From contig JARWZU010000061.1 in the NCBI GenBank assembly GCA_029866215.1, forward strand, positions 44,337-108,336: DNA of 64,000 bases, given 5' to 3'. Both the position numbers and the translations under genes were made by a program. Source of the stretch: Akkermansiaceae bacterium (GTDB lineage: Bacteria; Verrucomicrobiota; Verrucomicrobiia; Verrucomicrobiales; Akkermansiaceae). Of this stretch, positions 1-10,851 are shown piece by piece. Each line of letters begins with the position of its first letter. The stretch's first letter is position 1. The notes under the pieces were generated by a model. That model had not been told where the DNA came from, did no database searches, and was given only the letters and a program-made list of their open reading frames with translations.

Positions 1-459
1 GTCTTGGAATGACATCATCGCCACCGCAGTCGAGCTCAATGCCACCGCGACGCCTAACACCATGCTGTCCACGATTGAAAATCCTAAATACCTCGCCACA
101 AGACCGACCACCCCAGTCGTCACGAGCACTTGAAGCCCTCCACCCACAAGAGCAGTCCGCCATAGATGCTTCAACTCACTCAGTGAAAATTCGATCCCCA
201 GCGTGAACATCAACAGGACCACTCCAATTTCCGCAAGGTGACCGATCACCGGATCCCCCTTATCCAATCCCACAAGCCAGAGAAGACCAAAATTTCCAAT
301 CACCACTCCACTTAGCAAATATCCAACCAGTAAACTTTGCTTGAATCTAACAAGAACCAAAGAAATAAGCACCGCAAAGACCACCACCAAGGTCAAAAGT
401 GCAAACAACGGCGAAACATTCACCACCCCACTGCCGAGAAAAAGACAATCCAATCCCAT
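1..459 (-). CDS. Monovalent cation:proton antiporter, CPA2 (KefB/KefC/YbaL-like) family, 5' part; runs off the left edge
   Basis: Not in the ORF track; hand translation gives ...LLVGYLLSGVVIG...LAEIGVVLLMFTLGIEFSLSELK...LVGGGLQV...VAVALSSTAVAM, typical CPA2 N-terminal TM motifs. ATG at 459 or GTG at 423. Confidence 0.88.
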   Translation of the reverse strand, partial: MGLDCLFLGSGVVNVSPLFALLTLVVVFAVLISLVLVRFKQSLLVGYLLSGVVIGNFGLLWLVGLDKGDPVIGHLAEIGVVLLMFTLGIEFSLSELKHLWRTALVGGGLQVLVTTGVVGLVARYLGFSIVDSMVLGVAVALSSTAVAMMSFQD

Positions 460-508
460 CGGTGGAATCATCCGCCTGATTTCACCGATCGCAAAGAACA
501 AAACAGCC

Positions 509-1354
509 CTAAGCGATTTTCACCGGATAAATCACACCATCTGCCCCCCTAAAGAATACCTCCTCGGCACCACGCTTGAGATACCCCAAAGCATGAAGTA
601 CCTCACCTGTAGGTATCGGCGCCACGCTGGTAATCTGACCCGCCTCACCACCCAACGCATTTTCCAACGGCCCAGTAACCACAGGCACACCCGCGTGAAA
701 GACGAACCGCGTCAATCGCTTGTTCACCTTCCCCGCCGACTTGATCCGTGAAATAACTTCTTGCCCGATGTAACACCCTTTTTGATAGGAAATGTCCGTG
801 GACTCTAACAGTGCCTCAGGTGGCAACATGCCTTCAACCAACTCGCACCCCCAGCGCGGAATCCCATGCTGAATGCGCAAAACCTCGAACTCGTCTCCAT
901 CATAGCATCGAGCCACTTCCGTGAAATCAACTACCTGCTCGCAAGGAATCCACCAGTCGGCGCCATCCACCCCAAAACGATTGGATTGCCGCACCAAAAC
1001 ACCCGTCGGCACCTTCACTGCAACCCCCATAAAATGACACAACCGGTAAGCACCGGACAGATCAATAACCTCCACGTCATCCGCAATCAAATAACGGGTC
1101 AGCCTCGCCATGAGATCATCAGCCCTTCCCACGGGTCCTTCGACCCACAGCGCACCTGCATCATCTTCCGTCACCATCACTCGGAATTGAAGGCGCCCCT
1201 TCGCATCCGTCACGCACGATGGCAATGCAATCTCCTTCCCAATTACCCTGCGGACGTCCTGGGTGATTTGTCCATTGAGAAACCTAACCGAATCAGGCCC
1301 CGAAAACCGCAACACCGTTGGAACGCCAAGATCAACCCACCTCACCGAATTCAT
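509..1354 (-). CDS. ygfZ: YgfZ/GcvT-family folate-binding protein (Fe-S/tRNA modification accessory)
   Basis: FLNGQITQDV at the N-terminus and signature KGCYIGQE. Confidence 0.9.
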   Translation of the reverse strand: MNSVRWVDLGVPTVLRFSGPDSVRFLNGQITQDVRRVIGKEIALPSCVTDAKGRLQFRVMVTEDDAGALWVEGPVGRADDLMARLTRYLIADDVEVIDLSGAYRLCHFMGVAVKVPTGVLVRQSNRFGVDGADWWIPCEQVVDFTEVARCYDGDEFEVLRIQHGIPRWGCELVEGMLPPEALLESTDISYQKGCYIGQEVISRIKSAGKVNKRLTRFVFHAGVPVVTGPLENALGGEAGQITSVAPIPTGEVLHALGYLKRGAEEVFFRGADGVIYPVKIA

Positions 1355-2205
1355 GCCGGATGCAAATAAGGTTTCGCGAGCACCGAATAATCCAGCCCTC
1401 CAAGCCCGTCGGAATCGAGCTCATTCATGCGTTTGGAAACGGATGCGATCGCAGGCGTCTGTAAACCGGCTGAGTCGGCCAGAGCAAGCATGTAGCGCGC
1501 ATCTTTTCCCATATTAGAAAGTGAAAAATGCGTCTCAAAATCTCCAGCCACCATGGTTGGTAACTTCATCGTGGCCAACGTAGAAGAACTAACATTCAAG
1601 GAGATCGCTTCAATCAAGCATGCAGCGCCTACTCCATGACAAGTGGCGATGGCCAAGGACTCCGCCAGCGCCTGCACCGTGCAAGCTGATATCAGATTGG
1701 TTGCAAGCTTCACGACCGTCGCGGTCCCAACGCCACCACAGTACAAACGACTTTTACTCGTTACACTGAGGTACGGCTCCAACTCTTCGGCCAAAGATAC
1801 ATCACCACCGATGTAGTAAATCAGATGACCCTTTTCAGATGCGATTTTACTACCGGTAAATGGCGTATCCAGAAAACGACATCCCTGATCCGCGCAAACG
1901 TTTTCTAACCACTTGATAGTCTCTAGATCCAACGTCGCATGATTCAACAAAATCTGCTCAGGCTTCAGTAAATGAGCAACCCGCCCAACCACCTCACGAA
2001 CTGCAGGCGCATCTTTCAGATAAATCGAAATGATCGACGACCCATCGATCGCGGCCTCGGGTGTATCAACCTCTCCCGGTAATGCTTTGGGGGTACGATT
2101 CCAACAAGCTACGTGCCAGCCAGCATCACTGAGACGCCGACACGCACGCGATCCGATGATACCAAGCCCAAGAACCGCAACTGGAGTCGTGCGAGAAATC
2201 CTCAT
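1351..2205 (-). CDS. NAD(P)-dependent oxidoreductase, 3-hydroxyisobutyrate/beta-hydroxyacid dehydrogenase family
   Basis: GLGIIG Rossmann motif, WNRT, FLDTPFTGS, VVKLATN catalytic Lys motif; 4-nt overlaps with both neighbours. Confidence 0.88.
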   Translation of the reverse strand: MRISRTTPVAVLGLGIIGSRACRRLSDAGWHVACWNRTPKALPGEVDTPEAAIDGSSIISIYLKDAPAVREVVGRVAHLLKPEQILLNHATLDLETIKWLENVCADQGCRFLDTPFTGSKIASEKGHLIYYIGGDVSLAEELEPYLSVTSKSRLYCGGVGTATVVKLATNLISACTVQALAESLAIATCHGVGAACLIEAISLNVSSSTLATMKLPTMVAGDFETHFSLSNMGKDARYMLALADSAGLQTPAIASVSKRMNELDSDGLGGLDYSVLAKPYLHPA

Positions 2206-3038
2206 TGTTGCCGCTGCAGTGCAAGTTCTACCAGTTTCGCCGCTTGCTGCCGGATCTCCTTGATGATCTCAATCGTTGGAGGCTTACCCTCCTCAAGCAC
2301 CATGCCGGTCCGAAGCCCAGAAAGCACCTCACGCATCGCGATGTAATTCGGCCGCTCCGAAATCTTCGGCTCAAGTCCACCGATCGATTCGGTGTAGTAG
2401 TCCGCAATGTCCTCGCGCATCACCTTCCGAGCTCGCTCCTCAGAGAACTGCTTCTCCACCGCCACCGTCGAAACCTCCAGCGCACGGATCCAGCCGCCAA
2501 GCGAAATCAAATGTGCCAAGTCTGCATCACGCAAGGTAACCAACTCAGCCTCCACATCCCGCTGCGTCGAAGTAAGCTCCTTTTTCAACTGCGCAACATC
2601 TTTGTTCTTCGCACTTTCTAACAAACTCGCCGCATGACGATTCACCCGATCACCCGCGCCAAGCGCTTTCCCATACCGGGTTAAATCCTTGGCAAGTTCC
2701 TCGACCTGTTCGAGTTGTTCGGCTTGCACCACCAAAAATCCATCCGCAATCAAAAATCCAAGCTCTATCGCTAAGTCCGCACGATCCTGTGACATCCGCG
2801 CCGGCATTTTTCTAGCAACCTCCGCAATCGGTAAAGGCATCAAAAAATGGAGGGTGTCGAACAACTTCGATATAGATGGCGCAGTGAATTCATTCACTCC
2901 CAGCTCTTCCCGAACGTGCACCTCGTCGATCAAATCCTTCGGAATCTCAGGCGCACCCTCGGGCACCGGATCTTCCGCCCACATTGGAAGCACCAACGCC
3001 ACCATCAATCCCAGCATGAAAAAACAATTCAGTTTCAC
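2202..3038 (-). CDS. Exported alpha-helical hypothetical protein
   Basis: Likely GTG start at 3038 gives the signal peptide MKLNCFFMLGLMVALVLPMWA; helical body with LISLGGWIR motif; ATGA overlap with the downstream gene. Confidence 0.7.
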   Translation of the reverse strand: MKLNCFFMLGLMVALVLPMWAEDPVPEGAPEIPKDLIDEVHVREELGVNEFTAPSISKLFDTLHFLMPLPIAEVARKMPARMSQDRADLAIELGFLIADGFLVVQAEQLEQVEELAKDLTRYGKALGAGDRVNRHAASLLESAKNKDVAQLKKELTSTQRDVEAELVTLRDADLAHLISLGGWIRALEVSTVAVEKQFSEERARKVMREDIADYYTESIGGLEPKISERPNYIAMREVLSGLRTGMVLEEGKPPTIEIIKEIRQQAAKLVELALQRQQ

Positions 3039-3389
3039 AAGCGCAGTCTGCCACCACCCGCCTTGCAGAGCAACTGACAAAATCGACACCACCGATTTCA
3101 AATCCTCCACCCTGTCGCATCTGGCCGATGTGAAAAATTTGGATTGCCAAGTCCATCTCACTCCATCAATCTGCAGTTGTTGGAGCGACCGAGCGGTGTC
3201 TTGCGTCATTTCTCCAACCTTTGGGTCAACGCCCATCTGCCCTGCTGAAGCATGGAAGCTACCTCAAGCTAACCAACTTCGACGAATCTGCAGAATCGTT
3301 GAATACCACCCATCCACCGCAGATAGTTGAGTATTTTCACTCAGCGATCTGGCCCAACCAACACATCTCAACCCTTATTCCCATAACTC

Positions 3390-3824
3390 ATGGCCGGTCA
3401 CAGCAAGTGGTCAAAGGTCAAACACATCAAAGCCAGAGTCGATGCCATCAAAGGCCGGGTCTTTAGCAAGTGCGCTCATGAAATCGCCCTTGCCGCCCGC
3501 GCCGGTGGAAGCGACCCGGCGGAAAATTCTCGCCTCCGAACTGCCATCGACAGCGCCAAGTCCGTTTCCATGCCAAAAGACAACATCGACCGCGTCGCCG
3601 CGAACGAGCTGGGTTCCACCGCCAACGCCCTCCGCACATCTGGACTCAATATCATTTCCGAAAAACTCGTCTCAATCCCTCAAACCTCCTGTGTCGTCAG
3701 TGACCTCAGCACCGCCCGCCAAGTCCTCAAACTTGACGATTTGCTGGATGACTACGCAGACACCCTCAACTTCATGACTAATTTTGACGTAGCAGACCCG
3801 ATCTTGGATCAACTCGCTTCCTAA
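3390..3824 (+). pseudogene. yebC: YebC/PmpR family protein with an in-frame internal deletion of about 100 aa
   Basis: MAGHSKW...MPKDNIDR N-terminus joined directly to C-terminal-type sequence ending ...TNFDV; 144 aa versus about 240-250 aa; YEGYGP motif absent. Confidence 0.8.
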
Positions 3825-3869
3825 ACCTTTTCCAAAGCTTCACGCACCCCAACCTTTCCACTCTTCCGG

Positions 3870-5822
3870 ATGAGCAATCAAAAAAAACAGGATACCACAC
3901 CGCCGACATCAACAGGCACCGAGGGCGATGACACCCCCACCCGCAAACGCGCAACGAAAAAAGTCGCCGCAAAAAAGGTAGCCACAAAAGTCGCGACCAA
4001 ACCGACTGCCGCAAAAAAAACAGCCACCAAAAAAGTTGCGACGAAAACCGTAACCACCAAGGTCGCTGCCACCAAAACCCCAGCGAAAAAAGTCGTGGCG
4101 AAGAAGGCCACAAAAAAAGTCGCCTCGAACGCTGCATCCGCACCCGAATTCGATTTCGTCGCACCCGTTGCGGCTCAGTCCACCCCAGTTGCTGACCCAG
4201 CTCCTACCCCACCAGCCACCAAACCTGCGCGCGCAAAAAAGGCAGCAACTCCCTCACCAGCCGCCGATCCCGCCTCCAATGCCCCCCAACGTCGATTCGG
4301 CCGCGTTCCGGGCGGCGGACCCACTTCCGCCCGCGAGCCCTCGGAACAACCAGCACCTGCCGCATCGACACCCTTTCCGTCGTCTCAGCCCCCAAAACCC
4401 CAGGCCGAAAACCCTGCACCCCCAAGCCGAAATCCTCAGGAAAATCACTCCCAGCACAGCCAAACCGAGGAAAACTCGGGCCCGCCTCGTGAAAGCCGGA
4501 GCAAGCGCCGCAGAGAAAAACGCAAACGCCGCAGAGAACAACAAACCGGCAAACAAGGCTCGCCCCAAGGTGGGCAACCTCATTCCCAGCACCAACACCA
4601 AAATCAAAACCAAAATCAAAACCAGAATCAAAACCGCAACCGTCAGGACCACGGCGGCCAGGCACCCAACCGCGCAGGCAACGATGAGCGCCGAGGCGCT
4701 CAACTGAACGGCCCAAAAATCGAGACCAATGGCGTGCTGGAACTCGCTCCAAAGGGCTTCGGATTCCTGCGCGTCCCTGACAAAAAATTCGACCAAGCAC
4801 GCGACGATGTTTTTGTCGCCCCTGAGACGATTCGCAAATACAACCTTCGCCTCGGCCAGTGGATTCACGGCACCCATCAAGAAGGCCCACGCGGCCCTCA
4901 ATTGGTGGACGTCACACTCGTCAACGACCAGCCCCCAGACCAAGCCGCCAAACTCCCGCATTTTGACGAACTCAAAGCGATCAACCCGAGCCGTCGCATC
5001 AGTTTTGAAACGACCCCATCGCGTTTCACCACCCGGGTCGTGGATATCATGGCACCCGTCGGCCGCGGCCAACGCGGTCTCATCGTCTCACCTCCTCGCT
5101 CAGGAAAAACCACCCTGCTCCTGCACATGGCAGAAGCCATCCGCGAGAAATATGACGAAGCGATCCACCTCATGGTCGTGCTCGTCGACGAACGTCCCGA
5201 AGAAGTCACCGAGTTCCGCCGCGCTCTCCCGGGTGCAGAAATTTACGCGAGCTCAAATGACGAACAACCTCGCAACCACGCACGCATCGCCGAGCTCGCC
5301 ATCGAACGAGCCAAACGCCTTGTAGAGGCGGGAAAAGACGTATTCCTCATCATGGATTCCATCACTCGCCTCGCCCGCGCCTACAACGCTGGCATGAGCC
5401 AACGCGGCCGTGGCACCGGCTCCGGAGGAATCACCATCGGCGCACTCGAAGTCCCACGTCGCCTTTTCGCCGCCGCCCGCAACACCCGCGGCGGTGGCTC
5501 ACTCACGATCTTGGCCACCGCCTTGATTCAAACCAATTCCCGCGCCGATGAAGCGATCTACATGGAATTCAAAGGCACTGGAAACATGGAACTCGTCCTC
5601 GACCGCAAGATCGCGGAAAATTACATCTATCCAGCAGTCGATATTTTCAAATCCGGCACCCGCCGCGAGGAAATCCTCCTCCCTGACCATATGCTTCATA
5701 AAATTCACCTGATCCGCCGTGGACTCTCCGGCCACCGTCCGGCAGAAGCGATGGAGCGCCTGCTGTTCTTCCTTAAAAAATTCCCTAACAACCCTCAAAT
5801 GTTGTTAGAAATCAAGGGCTAA
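3870..5822 (+). CDS. rho: Transcription termination factor Rho with a long low-complexity N-terminal extension
   Basis: GVLELAPKGFGFLR RNA-binding motif, GRGQRGLIVSPPRSGKT P-loop, DERPEEVT, DSITRLARAYN, EFKGTGNMELVLDR. Confidence 0.96.
   Translation: MSNQKKQDTTPPTSTGTEGDDTPTRKRATKKVAAKKVATKVATKPTAAKKTATKKVATKTVTTKVAATKTPAKKVVAKKATKKVASNAASAPEFDFVAPVAAQSTPVADPAPTPPATKPARAKKAATPSPAADPASNAPQRRFGRVPGGGPTSAREPSEQPAPAASTPFPSSQPPKPQAENPAPPSRNPQENHSQHSQTEENSGPPRESRSKRRREKRKRRREQQTGKQGSPQGGQPHSQHQHQNQNQNQNQNQNRNRQDHGGQAPNRAGNDERRGAQLNGPKIETNGVLELAPKGFGFLRVPDKKFDQARDDVFVAPETIRKYNLRLGQWIHGTHQEGPRGPQLVDVTLVNDQPPDQAAKLPHFDELKAINPSRRISFETTPSRFTTRVVDIMAPVGRGQRGLIVSPPRSGKTTLLLHMAEAIREKYDEAIHLMVVLVDERPEEVTEFRRALPGAEIYASSNDEQPRNHARIAELAIERAKRLVEAGKDVFLIMDSITRLARAYNAGMSQRGRGTGSGGITIGALEVPRRLFAAARNTRGGGSLTILATALIQTNSRADEAIYMEFKGTGNMELVLDRKIAENYIYPAVDIFKSGTRREEILLPDHMLHKIHLIRRGLSGHRPAEAMERLLFFLKKFPNNPQMLLEIKG
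4587..4646 (+). repeat. Coding (CAA-AAY)n repeat giving a QHQHQNQNQNQNQNQNRNRQ tract in Rho
   Basis: cag cac caa cac caa aat caa aac caa aat caa aac cag aat caa aac, read directly. Confidence 0.9.
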
Positions 5823-5925
5823 GCCATCGACCCATTCGCCAACCCACCCCAGATCCCATTCGCCTGAGGTCTCTCCGGCATCACCAGAATTGAAACGCAC
5901 CACTTCCCATCAACACGCTCACTCC

Positions 5926-6672
5926 ATGTCATCACTCACAAACAAGGTCGCCGTCGTCACCGGAGGTGGCCGCGGAATCGGTCAGGAAATCGCCCGCGCT
6001 CTCGCAGCTCAAGGCGCCAAGGTCGCTGTCTTAAGCCGTAGCGCATCAAGCTGCGGAAAAGCGGCCGAAGAAATCAACGCGGCTTTCCCTGGCTCGGCGA
6101 CCGCCTACGCGGTGGATGTGGCCGACCACGCCGCAGTCCAAGAACTCGCAAAAACCATCAGCGATGAGCTGGGCACGGTAAACATTCTCGTCAACAACGC
6201 CGGGATCACAAGGGACGGTCTGCTTATGCGGATGAAAGAGGAAGACTGGGACACCGTTCTCGATACAAATCTCAAAGGTGCATTCAATACCGTCAAGGCG
6301 TTCATGCGCGTCCTGATGAAAGCCGAAGACCCCCGCATCATCAACATCGCTTCGGTGATCGGCCTCATCGGCAACGCCGGCCAAGCCAACTATTCCGCCA
6401 GCAAGGCCGGCCTAATCGGCTTCACCAAAGCCGTCGCCCGCGAACTCGCTGGCCGCAAGGTGACTTGCAATGCCGTGGCACCAGGATTCATCACCACCGA
6501 CATGACCGATGAACTTTCAGACGCAATCAAGGAAGCCGTCGTCGCGAAGATTCCCCTCGGCATCTTCGGAGAAACCAAGGACATTGCCGAGGTCGTCACG
6601 TTCCTCGCAAGCCCCGCCGCCCGTTACATCACCGGCCAAGTCATCGCAGTGGATGGCGGAATGACGATGTAG
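5926..6672 (+). CDS. fabG: 3-oxoacyl-ACP reductase
   Basis: TGGGRGIG, NNAGITRDGLLMRM, YSASK, VAPGFITTDMT; start moved to ATG 5926. Confidence 0.93.
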   Translation: MSSLTNKVAVVTGGGRGIGQEIARALAAQGAKVAVLSRSASSCGKAAEEINAAFPGSATAYAVDVADHAAVQELAKTISDELGTVNILVNNAGITRDGLLMRMKEEDWDTVLDTNLKGAFNTVKAFMRVLMKAEDPRIINIASVIGLIGNAGQANYSASKAGLIGFTKAVARELAGRKVTCNAVAPGFITTDMTDELSDAIKEAVVAKIPLGIFGETKDIAEVVTFLASPAARYITGQVIAVDGGMTM

Positions 6673-6720
6673 CCCAAAGCCTTCCGCTTCGAATTTGACA
6701 GATTCTGCGTCGCTCCATTC

Positions 6721-7200
6721 ATGGATCTCATCCTTCTCCGACACGGCAAGGCCGAAATGGCCCACCCAAGTGGCGATTTCTCGCGGTCACTGGTAGAAAA
6801 AGGCCGCAACCAAGCACGCCGAGCCGGAAAACTCCTGCGAAACGCCGGACCCCTGCCCGACATCGTTCTCACCAGCCCACTCATCCGCGCAAGGCAAACG
6901 GCAGATGAATTTTGCGAGGCCGCAGGAATCCCCGGCGCCTTGATCCAAGGTTGGCTCGCTTCCGGAATGCACCCTGAGTCTGCCCTCCAAGAACTTGCGG
7001 CTTTTCAAGATTTCAAGCGGGTCACCATCGTCGGCCACGAACCAGATCTCTCCGATTTCATCGGCTGGTGCCTCGGCACCAGCGGCAGCATCCACATGAA
7101 AAAAGGCTCCCTGGCCTGCCTCGAAATCCTCCCACCCTCCCGCATCGGCACCCTCAAATTCCTCATCCCACCCAAGCTCGCCGAAGAGTCAGAAACCTAA
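6721..7200 (+). CDS. sixA: Phosphohistidine phosphatase SixA
   Basis: LLRHGKA, TSPLIRARQTA, VGHEPDLS. Confidence 0.9.
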   Translation: MDLILLRHGKAEMAHPSGDFSRSLVEKGRNQARRAGKLLRNAGPLPDIVLTSPLIRARQTADEFCEAAGIPGALIQGWLASGMHPESALQELAAFQDFKRVTIVGHEPDLSDFIGWCLGTSGSIHMKKGSLACLEILPPSRIGTLKFLIPPKLAEESET

Positions 7201-7330
7201 TCGACTCGCCCCAGCAACCATCACCGAGGCGATCACCCGCCACGATTCGAAATCATTCCGAGGTTTTGGTTGCCAGTTGCCCGCTCTCGACTGAGTGTCT
7301 CTTCCCTTTCCTATTTCTCACACGATCCGC

Positions 7331-8125
7331 ATGAAAGTCGTCGCCATCGCCAACCAAAAAGGCGGCGTGGGTAAAACCACCACCGCTCTCAACCTCTCCG
7401 CCGCCCTTGCGCTGCGGGGCCAACGGGTGCTCTTGGTCGATCTTGACCCCCAAGCTAACTGCACCAGCGGCCTCGGCATCGAAACCGTCGAAGGCTGCAG
7501 CATCTACCCCGTGTTGGTCGGCGAAACCACGGTCGCCCAACAAATTTTACCCACAGGCCGAGAAAATCTCTCACTACTCCCATCAGAAATGGATCTCGCC
7601 GGCGTGGAAATCGAACTCGCTCGCAGCGATGACCACCTGACCCGCCTCCGCACGATCCTCCAAGCACTCAAGCCCAACGACCTTTTTGAATACTGCATCC
7701 TCGACACCCCCCCATCACTCGGTGTCCTCATGACTTCTGCCCTCGCCGCAGCGGATGAAATCCTAATCCCGCTCCAATGCGAATGGTTCGGACTCGAGGG
7801 GCTGGCGAAAATCGTCCATGTGATCGACCAAATCCGCGGCTCAGACGCAAACCCCTCGATCAAATTGGAAGGAATCGTCATGACCATGTACGATGGCCGC
7901 ACCCTACTTTCACGCCAAGTCGTCGAGGAAGTTTCCCAATTTTTCCCGGAGCAAATCTACTCAACGGTGATCCCACGAACCATCCGGATCGGCGAGGCCC
8001 CCAGCCATGGCAAAACCATCTTCGAACACGACCCCTCAGGCGTCGGCGCTCAAGGCTACGGAAATCTCGCCGACGAATTCCTCAAACGCCACAGCCCCCC
8101 GGAAACGCCAATCACCCCAGCGTGA
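7331..8125 (+). CDS. parA: ParA/Soj family ATPase
   Basis: [10 protein letters not shown] deviant Walker [29 protein letters not shown]; no parB adjacent. Confidence 0.92.
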   Translation: MKVVAIANQKGGVGKTTTALNLSAALALRGQRVLLVDLDPQANCTSGLGIETVEGCSIYPVLVGETTVAQQILPTGRENLSLLPSEMDLAGVEIELARSDDHLTRLRTILQALKPNDLFEYCILDTPPSLGVLMTSALAAADEILIPLQCEWFGLEGLAKIVHVIDQIRGSDANPSIKLEGIVMTMYDGRTLLSRQVVEEVSQFFPEQIYSTVIPRTIRIGEAPSHGKTIFEHDPSGVGAQGYGNLADEFLKRHSPPETPITPA

Positions 8126-8153
8126 ACTAGAATTTCCCAAGTCCCCCCAGAAT

Positions 8154-8190
8154 CGCCACCGCCCGCCACCGCCCGCCACCGCCCGCCACC
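8154..8190. repeat. 10-bp tandem repeat (cgccaccgcc) x3.7
   Basis: Read directly in the parA-mreB intergenic region. Confidence 0.9.
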
Positions 8191-8390
8191 TCCAATTCCC
8201 CGATTTCCTAAGCAGTTGAGGCCCGTGGCCGCGATGGAAGATATGGATTCTGGCTTGACCTCCTGCCATGAAATGTTGACATTTCAACACTTCGCAGTTG
8301 TCGCATCATTTGTGCCAATCCGAAAAATCGGCCTCTCACGACTCCACGCCACAATGGCCAGCCCATTTTTCTACTCTTCTTTCAATTTAA

Positions 8391-9428
<1,038 letters not shown>

Positions 9429-9442
9429 TCGGCAATCCGGCC

Positions 9443-10255
9443 ATGAAGCCGCTCAATCTCATCGCCCTTCTACTTTTCCTCGGGGGAACGGTCTGGACCT
9501 TCACCCAAAGCGAACGTGCCGTGCGCGAAGTGCAACACGTATACTTTTCCGCGATGGCTCCATTCCTGAAGTCAGGATCCATAATGGAAACCCAATCAAG
9601 GACATTCTTTGATGAAATCCAGCACTCAACCAAACTCGAGGTCGAACTGGGGGTGGTACGCAACGAACTCGGACGACTCCGAATCATCGAGTCACGCTTC
9701 CGTGAAATGGAGACCGAAAATGAGCGCCTCCGACATGCGCTCAATTACAAAAAAACAACTCACTTCGATGTGGTCCCGGCACAAATCATCCGGCGCCAAC
9801 CCACCACTTGGTGGCAAACGGTCGACATCGACGCAGGCGAAGAACGTGGAATCGGAACCCAACTCGCCGTACTCTCAAGCGACGGCCTCGTCGGCAAGAT
9901 CGACCGCATCTATCAAAAGCAAAATCGCGCATCGGTCCTCCTTCTAACCGATGAGAAGTGCCAGGTTTCCGCGAGGGTCGAAGGCTCTCCGGAGGTCGGC
10001 ATCCTCAGTGGGCAACGCGGCCAGTTTGAAGGCAACCCACTTCTTCGCCTACGATTCCTCTCCGCCGACGCGTCACTCCACCAAGGCCAACGCGTCTTTA
10101 CCACTGGACGCGGAGGAATTTTCCAACCTAACATCTTACTTGGAACCATTGATTCCGTCGAAAAAGGCGCGCTGGATTCCGAAGCTCTCGTCCGCCCATC
10201 GGTGAACTTCGCGGATCTCAGCACGGTATTTGTCGTACTCTCTGCCGATCCCTAA
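9443..10255 (+). CDS. mreC: Rod shape-determining protein MreC
   Basis: N-terminal TM, coiled coil ENERLRHAL, GLVGKI, VFTTG..GIF; directly after mreB. Confidence 0.9.
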   Translation: MKPLNLIALLLFLGGTVWTFTQSERAVREVQHVYFSAMAPFLKSGSIMETQSRTFFDEIQHSTKLEVELGVVRNELGRLRIIESRFREMETENERLRHALNYKKTTHFDVVPAQIIRRQPTTWWQTVDIDAGEERGIGTQLAVLSSDGLVGKIDRIYQKQNRASVLLLTDEKCQVSARVEGSPEVGILSGQRGQFEGNPLLRLRFLSADASLHQGQRVFTTGRGGIFQPNILLGTIDSVEKGALDSEALVRPSVNFADLSTVFVVLSADP

Positions 10256-10262
10256 CGCTTAC

Positions 10263-10847
10263 GTGATCCGTTATTCATTCACTACCATCCTGCTCTTGCT
10301 CGCCTCGTTTGTGGTACAGCAATTCATCCCTGCATTCACCTCGTTCCACCACTCGCGGATTCTACTCGTTCAACTGACTTTCCTCTGCGCCGCCGTCACC
10401 GTCGGCCAACCAACCATGCTCTTGCTCGCCTTCATCGGCGGCTTCTTTTGGGATGCGCACTGCGCTCTTGGCCCTCATGGGGGTGACGCTGAGGTCTACA
10501 CCCAGCAAGTGGAATCCTTACGCTTCGGCTACTCGATCATTCTCTTCGGCGCCATGGGCTTCCTCATGCAGGGAATCCAACCTCTTTTTAAACAAGGAAA
10601 ATGGCAGTTCTCTGCATTTCTCTCGGGCATCGCCATCCTCCTCTATCTCACTGCAGAATACGCCATCATCACCTTCGTTCGCGGCGATTTCACTCTATCG
10701 ACCTCGACGGTGATGCAAATGATCTTCACCGCGCTGCTCACCATGCTGTTCTCGCCCCTCGTATTCTGGTTGCTCTTCCGCATCGCTAAAGCCTGCGATC
10801 ATTCGATCGACCCAGATGCCAGCCGCAGACGACGCCCAATCTACTGA
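10263..10847 (+). CDS. mreD: Rod shape-determining protein MreD (polytopic membrane protein)
   Basis: About 5 TM segments, position between mreC and mrdA; GTG start 10263 inferred. Confidence 0.65.
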   Translation: MIRYSFTTILLLLASFVVQQFIPAFTSFHHSRILLVQLTFLCAAVTVGQPTMLLLAFIGGFFWDAHCALGPHGGDAEVYTQQVESLRFGYSIILFGAMGFLMQGIQPLFKQGKWQFSAFLSGIAILLYLTAEYAIITFVRGDFTLSTSTVMQMIFTALLTMLFSPLVFWLLFRIAKACDHSIDPDASRRRRPIY

Positions 10848-10851
10848 ACTC

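Noticed and set aside
337-751. Plus-strand ORFs 337..552 and 341..751
   Set aside because: Antisense to the CPA2 antiporter and ygfZ, which explain the sequence
4168-5325. Several 180-270 aa alternative-frame ORFs over rho
   Set aside because: They arise from low-complexity repeats in the Rho IDR; no protein-like features
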